Source: a bacterium
GTDB lineage: Bacteria; SZUA-182; DTGQ01; JAFGSM01
Reading direction: 5' to 3'
Assembly (NCBI GenBank): GCA_049472315.1
Contig: JBLIRN010000059.1
Span: 1-16,750, forward strand
DNA length: 16,750 nucleotides
Shown: positions 1-7,451 of the stretch, one piece after another
How positions within the stretch are numbered: the first letter of the stretch is position 1
How the letters are laid out: each line of letters starts with the position of its first letter
Made by a program: the position numbers and the translations under genes
Notes under the pieces: generated by a model
Told to the model about the DNA's origin: nothing
Database searches by the model: none
Seen by the model: only the letters and a program-made list of their open reading frames with translations

Positions 1-1840
1 AGCCGATGGCCTCGGAGCGCTGCCCCAGGCTCTGGATCACGCCGGTGATGTTCCCCATCATCTCGCCGATGATCTTCATCCCCTCCACCATCTTCAGGAC
101 CGCGTCGCCGCCGCTGGTTGCCTCGTCGCTCGCCTGCTTGGAGAGTTTGTCCGCCTCGCTCACATTGGTTGCGGTCTTTTCCAGGGTCACGATCATCTGC
201 TCGATGGTGGAGCTGGTCTCAGACACGTTGCTGGCCATGGACTCGGCCATCTTGGCAACGCCCTCGGCGGTGCTCCCCATCTGCTGGATGGAGCTGGTGG
301 TCTCGTCCACGTTCCGGGCAAGCCCCTCCGCGTTATTTGCCACGTTCTGGATTTGCACGGACATCTCCTCCATGGTGGAGCCCGTCTCCTCCGAGGCACT
401 TGCCTGGTTCTCTGCCCCCTTGGTGATCTGGTCCGTGGCTGCGGAGATCTCGTCAGCGGCGCTCGCCACCGACTCTGAAGAGGTGCGCACCTTACCAACC
501 ATGTCCCGCAGGCTCCCCACCATCCTGGAAAAGGAGTTGCCGAACACGTCCTGGTCGGAGGCGGGCTTCACGTTCATGGTGAGGTCGCCCCCGGCGATCC
601 CGTCGGCCACGTCCGCCATCCCCTTCAGGTACCCGAACATGCCGTTCAGGGCATCGCCCAGATCGCGGGTCTCGTCCTTGGAGGTAATCTCCACCTGCCT
701 GGAGAGGTCGCCCCGGGCCACCTGCTTGGCGAATTCCACACACTGGACGATGGGCCTGGTGATCCCCCTGGTGATGAAGAAACCGAGAGCCAGGGCGATG
801 GATACCGCACAGGGCATCAAAAGGATCAATATCCACATGGAGGCGCGCTGTGCCTGTTTTGACTCTACCTGCGCCTTCACCATGCCGTTGTCGGCAAGCT
901 CCTCCAACTGTTCAAACAGGGATATCATATTCTCCGATGCCTGAAACATGGCATCGACACATGCATCCTCCCGGCTCTCCAACGAGGCGATTTGCGCATT
1001 GGCATAGTTCTGGATCTTCTCATACCCCTGGTCCAGCTTTACCGCGTATCGCATGCCGCGCATAAGCAGGGATCCCTTCTGCCTGTAATCCGCGGCTATG
1101 ATGTCCGCCATGACCCGGTGGAACTTGACATTATTGTCATGGACATCCTCAAGGAGTGGTTTTATTCCCTCATCCTCGATTTGGTATGATTCGTACCACT
1201 CGCCAAAAAAGCTCTTCGAAGGATTGGTCTCGCCGGAGAAGCTTACCTCGTATTCAACGGCATCCTTCAGTGCCTGATAGGTCCTCCGCTGCACCAGGTC
1301 CGCTGCCTGAAGAAATGAAGGGAGCTCATAGTGGACCCCGCGGTAGTCGAAGTTGTACTGGACCCTGCTCTTATGGACGTCAAGCAGCTCCATGGACTTC
1401 TCGGCAAAGATCGATTTATGCCCCTTGATCTCTTCAAGAAGCAGCAGGATCTCTTCAGACCCTGGGGGCGCCTCGATGGCAAGCCCCTGTGCCACATACC
1501 GTTCCCCTGCAGGGCTGTTTTTGAACTCCTCCGCTTCCGTGCCGTATTCCACCATGGCCATGAACATATCCAGATCCGACAGGTGGGTGGTGATCTGCTC
1601 CTCGATTGTTTCCAAGCCCTCCTCGGAAAGAAGGTAGCTCTTACATGCATCAAGCGCACGATCCGCCGAAATGACGGCCTCCATGGCGATGTCCTTTACC
1701 GGCACCTTTTCCTCCAGCACCACATCGCCGCTCCTGACCACCTTTCTGATCATGATCAGCCCGGTCGAACCGGTGATCACGACAATCAGGGAGAGGATGA
1801 TAAATCCTCCCATTAATTTGTTACCGATTGTCAGCCTCAT
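1..1840 (-). CDS. Methyl-accepting chemotaxis protein, partial (C-terminus beyond left edge): TM1, large periplasmic domain with CZB-like insert, TM2, two HAMP domains, methylation/signalling helices
   Basis: Absent from the ORF track because it has no stop in the window; translated by hand. ATG at 1838-1840 with GGAGG at 1847-1851, open to position 2. MRLTIGNKLMGGFIILSLIVVITGSTGLIMI (TM1), WILILLMPCAVSIALALGFFI (TM2), ITRPIVQCVEFAKQVARGDLSRQVEITSKDETRDLGDALNGM (HAMP), IAGGDLTMNVKPASDQDVFGNSFSRMV (second HAMP), QASASEETGSTMEEMS (methylation motif), ending IQSLGQRSEAIG. Confidence 0.96.
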   Translation of the reverse strand, partial: MRLTIGNKLMGGFIILSLIVVITGSTGLIMIRKVVRSGDVVLEEKVPVKDIAMEAVISADRALDACKSYLLSEEGLETIEEQITTHLSDLDMFMAMVEYGTEAEEFKNSPAGERYVAQGLAIEAPPGSEEILLLLEEIKGHKSIFAEKSMELLDVHKSRVQYNFDYRGVHYELPSFLQAADLVQRRTYQALKDAVEYEVSFSGETNPSKSFFGEWYESYQIEDEGIKPLLEDVHDNNVKFHRVMADIIAADYRQKGSLLMRGMRYAVKLDQGYEKIQNYANAQIASLESREDACVDAMFQASENMISLFEQLEELADNGMVKAQVESKQAQRASMWILILLMPCAVSIALALGFFITRGITRPIVQCVEFAKQVARGDLSRQVEITSKDETRDLGDALNGMFGYLKGMADVADGIAGGDLTMNVKPASDQDVFGNSFSRMVGSLRDMVGKVRTSSESVASAADEISAATDQITKGAENQASASEETGSTMEEMSVQIQNVANNAEGLARNVDETTSSIQQMGSTAEGVAKMAESMASNVSETSSTIEQMIVTLEKTATNVSEADKLSKQASDEATSGGDAVLKMVEGMKIIGEMMGNITGVIQSLGQRSEAIG

Positions 1841-1895
1841 CGCCTTCCTCCAGCCTTTGTGATTCATCCTGGTTAACCCCACGCACAACAAATTC

Positions 1896-2020
1896 CCGCA
1901 GGCATCCGGCCATGAACCGCCGGTTTAAAGGCCCGAAGGGTAGCCAACCATCGCCCTCCGATGAATGTATCTCGCTGTATTTCCCCCGTTTTTTTCAGGT
2001 CCTCAGTCGAATGCCTGCGG
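1896..2020 (-). repeat. 13-bp inverted repeat enclosing about 100 nt of the intergenic region upstream of the MCP; possible structured RNA
   Basis: Minus strand CCGCAGGCATTCG (2020-2008) pairs with CGGATGCCTGCGG (1908-1896): 12 Watson-Crick pairs plus one G-U. Confidence 0.55.
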
Positions 2021-2039
2021 TTATCTTGAACGGGAACAA

Positions 2040-2579
2040 CTAATCCAGGTGCTCCATGTGCTCTGCCACCTCGGCAAGCTCGGCCTTCATCTGGTCAAGG
2101 TACTCATCCTTTTGTGTCCTCTCGTATTCATTAAGGCAAAGGATCGCGGTCAAGGGATGGAGTACTGAATCATAGTGACACATCGCATGGGAGAAATGGT
2201 CCAGCTTCATTATGTCAACCCCCTGGGACTTCAAAAAGCCGCCCTCGTGCCACATCTCCTCGATCTGGTCAAGGCTCAACCCCCTCATGGAGTCAACGGA
2301 CTTGATGGTGATCTCGAGTAATTTCTTTTCAACCGGTGTTGCATCCGGCTCGGACATGTGTTCACGGCATCCATCGAGACCGATGCTGATCAATTTTTCC
2401 ATGTCGGCCTTCATGGTGGATGGACTGATGTTCCCGGTGAGGATCCTGCCGATGTTCTTCTTGGTAACCTTCACATATGTCGTCTTATCGAACTGATGTC
2501 CGGTTTCTGCAAAGGCATATACACACACCATAGCAATAACTACGAGCACTACAACACCCATCCATTTCATCCGTTTCAT
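2040..2579 (-). CDS. Secreted/periplasmic hypothetical protein, His-rich, possibly metal-binding
   Basis: 179-aa ORF with purine-rich SD (AAAGGGGG). Sec-type signal MKRMKWMGVVVLVVIAMVCVYAFA (A-x-A cleavage). Motifs WHEGG, DHF, CHYDSVLHP, ELAEVAEHMEH. Co-oriented between cheW and the MCP. Confidence 0.85.
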   Translation of the reverse strand: MKRMKWMGVVVLVVIAMVCVYAFAETGHQFDKTTYVKVTKKNIGRILTGNISPSTMKADMEKLISIGLDGCREHMSEPDATPVEKKLLEITIKSVDSMRGLSLDQIEEMWHEGGFLKSQGVDIMKLDHFSHAMCHYDSVLHPLTAILCLNEYERTQKDEYLDQMKAELAEVAEHMEHLD

Positions 2580-2745
2580 TGCTATCCCCCTTTGATAAGG
2601 TTGATTGACGGTACCTGCGTTTGGAATTTACTCCCCGCCTGTTCATTGTCGTAGCGGCATCACCCCCTTTTCTCGCAGGATGACTTCATATGCAGTTCCA
2701 TAGCACTGATGACTCCCCTGAGCGTGGTTTTGCCGCCGGGCATGT

Positions 2746-3357
2746 TCAGCATACCTCCGACCTGAACGCCGCAATTCTGTCCAGGTCGAGGAGCATGACC
2801 ATGCGGTCGTCAACCTTGCCCACCCCCTTGATGGAGTTTTCGTGAACGGAGACCATTCCCTCGGGCACCTCCTCGATCTGATTCGAAACGATGTTCATCA
2901 CCTGCGATACCCGGTCGACCAATAATCCCAGAACCCTCGGCTGTTGCTCAATCACGACGATCCGTGTCTCATCGGTGAGCGAGGTACACCCAATGTTGAG
3001 ACGCTCTTTCAAATCGACAACAGGGAGGATCCTTCCCCGAAGGTTCATGACCCCCCTGATGAAGTGAGGGGCATTGGGCACACGGATAATCTGATCGATC
3101 CGCCTGATCTCCTGAACCTTGACAATAGGGATCCCGTATTCCTCGTTTTCGAGGAAGAAGGTGACAATCTTCATGAGCCTCACATCCTGATTGGCATCCT
3201 CCCCCCCCTCTCTCCCCGTTTCAACCTTTGTGTCTCCCGTACACTCTGCAGATGCATCGTTCCCCAGAATGTCTTCGGCAAGGCCATACGCCGGCAAAGG
3301 CGAGGATTTCTCTGTGTCTGGCCTTCCCTCTGTCCTCCCTCTCTTCTCCTCGATCAT
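2746..3357 (-). CDS. cheW: Chemotaxis coupling protein CheW with an about 60-aa charged N-terminal extension
   Basis: Motifs IVTFFLENEEYGIPI, IRVPNAPHFIRGVMNLRGRILPVVDL, GLLVDRVSQV, IKGVGKVDDRMVMLLDL. Start placed at ATG 3355-3357 behind AAGGAGG rather than 3393. Confidence 0.96.
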   Translation of the reverse strand: MIEEKRGRTEGRPDTEKSSPLPAYGLAEDILGNDASAECTGDTKVETGREGGEDANQDVRLMKIVTFFLENEEYGIPIVKVQEIRRIDQIIRVPNAPHFIRGVMNLRGRILPVVDLKERLNIGCTSLTDETRIVVIEQQPRVLGLLVDRVSQVMNIVSNQIEEVPEGMVSVHENSIKGVGKVDDRMVMLLDLDRIAAFRSEVC

Positions 3358-3469
3358 ACGCTCCTCCTTTTGATCCTGCCGGGCAAGAACCACGGCATGA
3401 GGAAACAGGTGCCCGGAAGTCTAAGAAAAATAAGATGATTTATGTTTTTTTAGATAACTATTTCTATTC

Positions 3470-3477
3470 TTATCGGA
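3470..3477 (-). promoter_or_regulatory. Possible sigma-28 (FliA) -10 element for the cheW unit
   Basis: TCCGATAA on the minus strand (7/8 match to GCCGATAA) in an AT-rich tract about 110 nt upstream of cheW. No well-spaced TAAA -35 was found. Confidence 0.3.
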
Positions 3478-3689
3478 CAACTGATTATTTATATTCATAA
3501 AAGATATTTTTTTAATCCTTTTAATTAATAGCTTCCGCTATGTGTTAGGTGATATCTTTTTCAATTCATATGTCCATACCCGGTACCCCCTGCTATGCCA
3601 TTCCTTGATTTTCCATTGAAAATAAAGAGGAAAATGGCATCGGTGTCCCTCTTACATGCCGTTGGATTGACACAGAGGAGGAACCTGTA

Positions 3690-3719
3690 TTGACAGGGTC
3701 TTTCATGCGGGGATATAGT
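3690..3719 (+). promoter_or_regulatory. Putative sigma-70 promoter upstream of the small zinc-ribbon gene
   Basis: TTGACA (3690-3695), 18-nt spacer, TATAGT (3714-3719). Confidence 0.4.
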
Positions 3720-3875
3720 GTTTATAGATGGCTGTATTCTCCGGTTTTGTGGGACATTGGGCCTTGTTTGATGCGCCCTGTGTGGCGTAGAGGAATCTTC
3801 GAAAACAAACGTTGACAGGGGACACGGATAAGAAATCAAAAACGATCCGTATCAGGCATAAAAAGGGAGGTACCT

Positions 3876-4058
3876 ATGAAAAAGGTGATCGATCAACACT
3901 GCCCCGGTGATGATCCGGCAAAAAAACGCTTTCCGGAGATCTTCAGGTGCCCGAAATGCGGCGGGGAGGTAGAGATATGGAGCGACGAGGGGCACGGAAG
4001 GTGTTCCGGATGCAACCGGGAATTGAGCCGAAAGGACCTTGAGGCATCATCGCATTGA
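3876..4058 (+). CDS. Small Cys-rich zinc-ribbon-like protein (60 aa)
   Basis: GGGAGG SD 5 nt before ATG. Pattern CPG-x14-CPKCGGEVEIWSDE-x4-CSGC with two CxxC pairs, a pattern I recall from small proteins of anaerobes. Confidence 0.85.
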   Translation: MKKVIDQHCPGDDPAKKRFPEIFRCPKCGGEVEIWSDEGHGRCSGCNRELSRKDLEASSH

Positions 4059-4060
4059 GC

Positions 4061-4088
4061 CGATTGTCTTCGGTTGACCAGGCAATCG
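4061..4088. terminator. Hairpin between convergent genes, possible bidirectional terminator or processing stem
   Basis: CGATTGTCT (4061-4069) pairs with AGGCAATCG (4080-4088) in the 33-bp gap between two stop codons. No U-tract on either side. Confidence 0.35.
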
Positions 4089-4091
4089 CCG

Positions 4092-4598
4092 TCAAACCCG
4101 CCTGAACAGCATCATGCCCCGCTGGATGAGCACACCTGCAATGAGCAGGGCACCAAAGAGGAGCGCCTTGCCGAGCGGATTGAGGGGGATCCCCTCAAGA
4201 ATCAGGACTGCCCCGGCAAGGGAGGAAAGGAGAATCAGCGCCCAGTCAAAGAGCGTGACTGCGAGCAGGCACCCTGCGATACCCCCGGCTGCGAAAATGA
4301 TCCAGAAGAGCGGAACGATCTCAACTCCCAGAAATATCGATACGCCCATCGCTATATATCCCCCTGCCAGAAACCCGGCAAGGGCGATCGCCCCCCTCTT
4401 GAGAAAAAGGGCGGTGAATGCCCCCAGCATTCCGCAGAATAACGCGATGGCGAGCGTAGCCCAGACAGGAAGGCCCGCAAACAGCACCGCGGTGATGCTC
4501 ATCCCCACAGCAAACCCGACAACGGCAACGAATAACCAAAAGATCTGCCGCCCGAAGATGAGGATGACCGCACCCACTATGATCTTTGCGATAAGCAT
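4092..4598 (-). CDS. Polytopic membrane protein, DUF4203 (TM7S3/TM198-like)
   Basis: About six Gly/Ala-rich hydrophobic segments. Motifs LIFGRQIFWLFVAVVGF, LAGFLAGGY, FDWALILLSSLAGA, GVLIQ. Start placed at ATG 4596-4598. Confidence 0.8.
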   Translation of the reverse strand: MLIAKIIVGAVILIFGRQIFWLFVAVVGFAVGMSITAVLFAGLPVWATLAIALFCGMLGAFTALFLKRGAIALAGFLAGGYIAMGVSIFLGVEIVPLFWIIFAAGGIAGCLLAVTLFDWALILLSSLAGAVLILEGIPLNPLGKALLFGALLIAGVLIQRGMMLFRRV

Positions 4599-4708
4599 CA
4601 ACCGGCCCCCGGAAATGAACGAACGTGGTGATCCATCAAGTCTATCCACTTTCCAGTGAGGCTGTCAACTTCGAACGGCTACCGGCACTCGGGACACAGG
4701 GTCCCTGA

Positions 4709-5527
4709 TTAAGGGATTGCGACCGGTATGAACAGGGGCTGGCCGAACGCATCCTTTCCGAACTCACGGATGATCCGCTGCCCCTCAGGTGAAGTCACCC
4801 ATCCGATATAGGCCATTGCCAGGACGTAGTTTACGTGGGAATGCCGCGCGGGATTCACCGCAATGATCCCGTACGGATTGAACAGGACCGGGTCCCCCTC
4901 GACGAGGATGGGGAGGGTGATCTTTTCCTTGTACGCCAGGTAGGTGCCGCGATCGGTAAGGGTATAGGCATTCATCTCGAATGCGATCTGGAGCACCGCG
5001 CCCATGCCCTGCCCTGCCTCTACATACCACTGGCCCTGGGGGGTGATGCCTATATTCCCCCAGATGGCCTTCTCCTTCTTATGGGTGCCTGAATCATCCC
5101 CCCGGGAAACGAACCGGGACTGACTCTGGGCGATCTTCTTCAGGGCCTCGCCCGCATCCTTGAGCCCCTTGACACCGGCGGGATCATTTTCGGGTCCCAC
5201 GATGACGAAGTCGTTGTACATGACATCGCGGCGGTTGACGCCGAATCCATCCGCCACAAATGCGTCCTCAGCAGGCCGGGAGTGCACGAACACCACGTCG
5301 CAATCACCCATCTCCCCGGTCTTGAGCGCCTTGCCGGTACCCTGGGCAATGACGTCCACCGTGCAATTGAACATCTTCTCAAAGGAAGGGTTCAGGGCAG
5401 CGAACAGCCCGGTGTTGTCCGTACTGGTGGTGCTGGATACCTTAAGCCTCTGGACCTGCGCGTGTACCGCCGTGCAGAGGCCGAATACGATACCGATTAC
5501 CAGAAGAAGCGCGACACACCTTCTCAT
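4709..5527 (-). CDS. tupA: Tungstate ABC transporter substrate-binding protein
   Basis: Signal peptide MRRCVALLLVIGIVFGLCTAVHA. Motifs STTSTDNTGL, GTGKAL, DVVFVH, VMYNDFVIVGP, FVSRGDDSGTHKKE, GQGMG, YTLTDRGTYL, NPYGIIAVNP. ATG 5525-5527 behind GGAGG. Confidence 0.95.
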   Translation of the reverse strand: MRRCVALLLVIGIVFGLCTAVHAQVQRLKVSSTTSTDNTGLFAALNPSFEKMFNCTVDVIAQGTGKALKTGEMGDCDVVFVHSRPAEDAFVADGFGVNRRDVMYNDFVIVGPENDPAGVKGLKDAGEALKKIAQSQSRFVSRGDDSGTHKKEKAIWGNIGITPQGQWYVEAGQGMGAVLQIAFEMNAYTLTDRGTYLAYKEKITLPILVEGDPVLFNPYGIIAVNPARHSHVNYVLAMAYIGWVTSPEGQRIIREFGKDAFGQPLFIPVAIP

Positions 5528-5656
5528 TTCAAAGATCCTCCATATATGTGTTAGTATTATGGTAATGATTATCCGGGACGACTGGCATGGCAGCCTTCCG
5601 ACCACCCCCTTTGCACCAAGCCAATGAGCACATTGCACTCGGATTGAAGAGATAGT

Positions 5657-5685
5657 ATTATTACGTAAAAGGGTTTTATTGTCAA
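5657..5685 (-). promoter_or_regulatory. Putative sigma-70 promoter for tupA
   Basis: Minus strand TTGACA (5685-5680), 17 nt, AATAAT (5662-5657). Confidence 0.5.
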
Positions 5686-5707
5686 TAATAGTTATTTATG
5701 GTAATTT
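5679..5707 (+). promoter_or_regulatory. Putative sigma-70 promoter for tupBC, overlapping the tupA -35
   Basis: TTGTCA (5679-5684), 17 nt, TAATTT (5702-5707) preceded by TGn (extended -10). Confidence 0.5.
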
Positions 5708-5720
5708 TTGGTATTTTTCG
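5681..5720 (+). promoter_or_regulatory. 10-bp phased direct repeats, candidate operator for the neighbouring HTH_17/PBP regulator
   Basis: GTCAATAATA / GTTATTTATG / GTAATTTTTG / GTATTTTTCG with GT at 5681, 5691, 5701 and 5711. TTATGGTAAT (5696-5705) recurs exactly at 5557-5566, just upstream of tupA. Confidence 0.5.
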
Positions 5721-5731
5721 GAGATCATGCG

Positions 5732-6430
5732 GTGCACTTCCTGTGGCATGCGTTTGTAGAATCCCTTCACCTGATCATTTCCTTAGACCAAGAGGTCTAC
5801 GGGATCGTGCTTCGCTCCCTTAGATTTTCTCTCATCGCCACCATCTTCGCCGTCATCGCAGGGGTGCCGTTCGGTTTCCTGGTGGGGGTGAAGCGGTTCA
5901 GGGGACGATCCCTGCTTATAACCGTGCTGAACACAGCCATGGCCCTTCCCACGGTGGTGGTGGGACTCATCGGGTATTCCTTCCTCTCCAGGAGCGCCCC
6001 CCTGGGGTTCATGAGCCTGATGTTCACACCGCATGCGGTCATCCTCGGTGAGTTCGTGCTCTCACTGCCCGTGATCACCAACCTGACCGTGGCTGCCGTG
6101 CAGTCGGTGGACCCCCGGGCCCTTTTGACCGCAAGGACGTTGGGGGCGGGAAGGATCCTGACCACCTGGACCATCCTCATGGAGGCCCGTTTCGCCCTCA
6201 TTGCCGCCATCATCGTCGGATACGGACGTGCGGTGTCCGAGGTGGGTTCGGCGATGATGCTCGGAGGGAATATCCGGTTCTACACACGTACCATGACCAC
6301 GGCGATCGCGCTGGAGACGAGCAAGGGGGAGTTCGGTCTCGGGCTGGCCCTGGGATTTTTCCTCCTGCTGGTGGTCTTCACCATCAACATCCTCTTTCAT
6401 TACTTCCAGATCAAGGGGCATACGCACTAA
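5732..6430 (+). CDS. tupB: Tungstate ABC transporter permease
   Basis: Motifs RFRGR, LNTAMALPTVVVGL, TARTLGA, EARFAL, GYGRAVSEVGSAMMLGGNIRFYTRTMTTAIALETSKGEF. Start placed at GTG 5732 behind GGAGA. Stop overlaps the tupC start (TAATG). Confidence 0.95.
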   Translation: MHFLWHAFVESLHLIISLDQEVYGIVLRSLRFSLIATIFAVIAGVPFGFLVGVKRFRGRSLLITVLNTAMALPTVVVGLIGYSFLSRSAPLGFMSLMFTPHAVILGEFVLSLPVITNLTVAAVQSVDPRALLTARTLGAGRILTTWTILMEARFALIAAIIVGYGRAVSEVGSAMMLGGNIRFYTRTMTTAIALETSKGEFGLGLALGFFLLLVVFTINILFHYFQIKGHTH

Positions 6431-7446
6431 TGGCCACGCATATCCTCGAGCTCAAGGGGATCGAGCACTACTACAACGGCAGGAAGGTTCTGGACATTCC
6501 GGGACTTGCCATGGATAAGGGGGGAACCTATGCAGTGGTGGGACCGAACGGCTCGGGAAAGACCACCCTCCTCTCCATCATGAGCCTCATCCTCAGACCC
6601 ACCAAGGGTGAGGTTGTGTTCGAGGGGCGGCAGGTGCAGCATGCCGGCTCCCCCGGCACGGACGCAGGGCGGTCCATGACCATGGTGCTCCAGAATCCCT
6701 ACCTGTTCAATACCTCGGTCCTGAAGAATGTGTCCTATGGTCTGCGCGCCCGGGGGATATCCCGGAGGGAATGCGATGACAGGGTAAAAGAAGCCCTACA
6801 ACTGGTGGGGCTTGAGGGATTCGAGAAAAGAAGGGCTCGGGAGCTCTCGGGCGGGGAGGCCCAACTGGTCGCGCTGGCACGCGGCCTCGCCATCGACCCG
6901 GTGGTGGTGTTTCTGGACGAGCCCACGGCAAATGTGGATGCACGCAACATGCGCCGCTTCGAGCAGATCATCGAGCGGATCAACCGGGAGAGGGGAACGA
7001 CCATCGTGCTCACCTCCCATAACCTCTCCCAGGCCTACCGCATGGCGCAGACCGTGTTTTCCCTCTTTGAAGGGGCATTGGTCACTTCCACCATGCACAA
7101 TCTCTTTTCGGGGAGGGTCATGCAGACCGACAAGGGGCCCTGCTTCATTGCCGGCGACATACGGGTATGGATCTCGGACGATCTGCCGCATGAGGAATAT
7201 TCCCACATCACCATCGACCCTGAGGACATCATTGTCTCCAGGGAGCCCTTCTCCTCGAGCGCACGCAACCTCTTCGAGGGCGTTATAACGGCGATCATCG
7301 ACCAGGGGGGGAAGATCATGCTGGAGGTGCGCTCCAGGGAGGTATTCAGGGTCTTCATTACCCCTGTATCCCTTCAGGAAATGGGGCTCACCGTGGGCTC
7401 CCACGTGTACCTCACCTTCAAGGCCACCTCGGTACGGCCCCTGTAA
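6430..7446 (+). CDS. tupC: Tungstate ABC transporter ATP-binding protein with C-terminal TOBE domain
   Basis: Walker A GPNGSGKT, signature LSGGEAQ, Walker B VFLDEP, H-loop TSH. TOBE segment SSARNLFEGVITAI...ITPVSLQEMGLTVG...FKATSV. Confidence 0.93.
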   Translation: MATHILELKGIEHYYNGRKVLDIPGLAMDKGGTYAVVGPNGSGKTTLLSIMSLILRPTKGEVVFEGRQVQHAGSPGTDAGRSMTMVLQNPYLFNTSVLKNVSYGLRARGISRRECDDRVKEALQLVGLEGFEKRRARELSGGEAQLVALARGLAIDPVVVFLDEPTANVDARNMRRFEQIIERINRERGTTIVLTSHNLSQAYRMAQTVFSLFEGALVTSTMHNLFSGRVMQTDKGPCFIAGDIRVWISDDLPHEEYSHITIDPEDIIVSREPFSSSARNLFEGVITAIIDQGGKIMLEVRSREVFRVFITPVSLQEMGLTVGSHVYLTFKATSVRPL

Positions 7447-7451
7447 TTGTA

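Noticed and set aside
6..944. 312-aa plus-strand ORF and other long antisense or alternate-frame ORFs (e.g. 1331-1816, 4114-4659, 9080-9844, 11485-12456, 13730-14563, 15234-16175)
   Set aside because: Shadows of well-supported genes on the opposite strand or frame in GC-rich DNA; no recognisable motifs.
2580..2745. c-di-GMP-I (GEMM)-like element between cheW and the secreted protein (GCGGCAAA...GATGCCGC on the minus strand)
   Set aside because: Lacks the GNRA-capped stem and GACGCAAAG core; only the ends resemble the motif.
3561..3839. 92-aa minus-strand ORF and 13393-13656 / 13399-13596 ORFs in intergenic regions
   Set aside because: No recognisable motifs or convincing SD; they overlap predicted promoter DNA.
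5528..5650. Moco/Wco or ZTP riboswitch upstream of tupA (contains GACTGGC on the plus strand)
   Set aside because: Conserved cores of these motifs are not present in the right order or strand by eye; an Rfam scan would be decisive.
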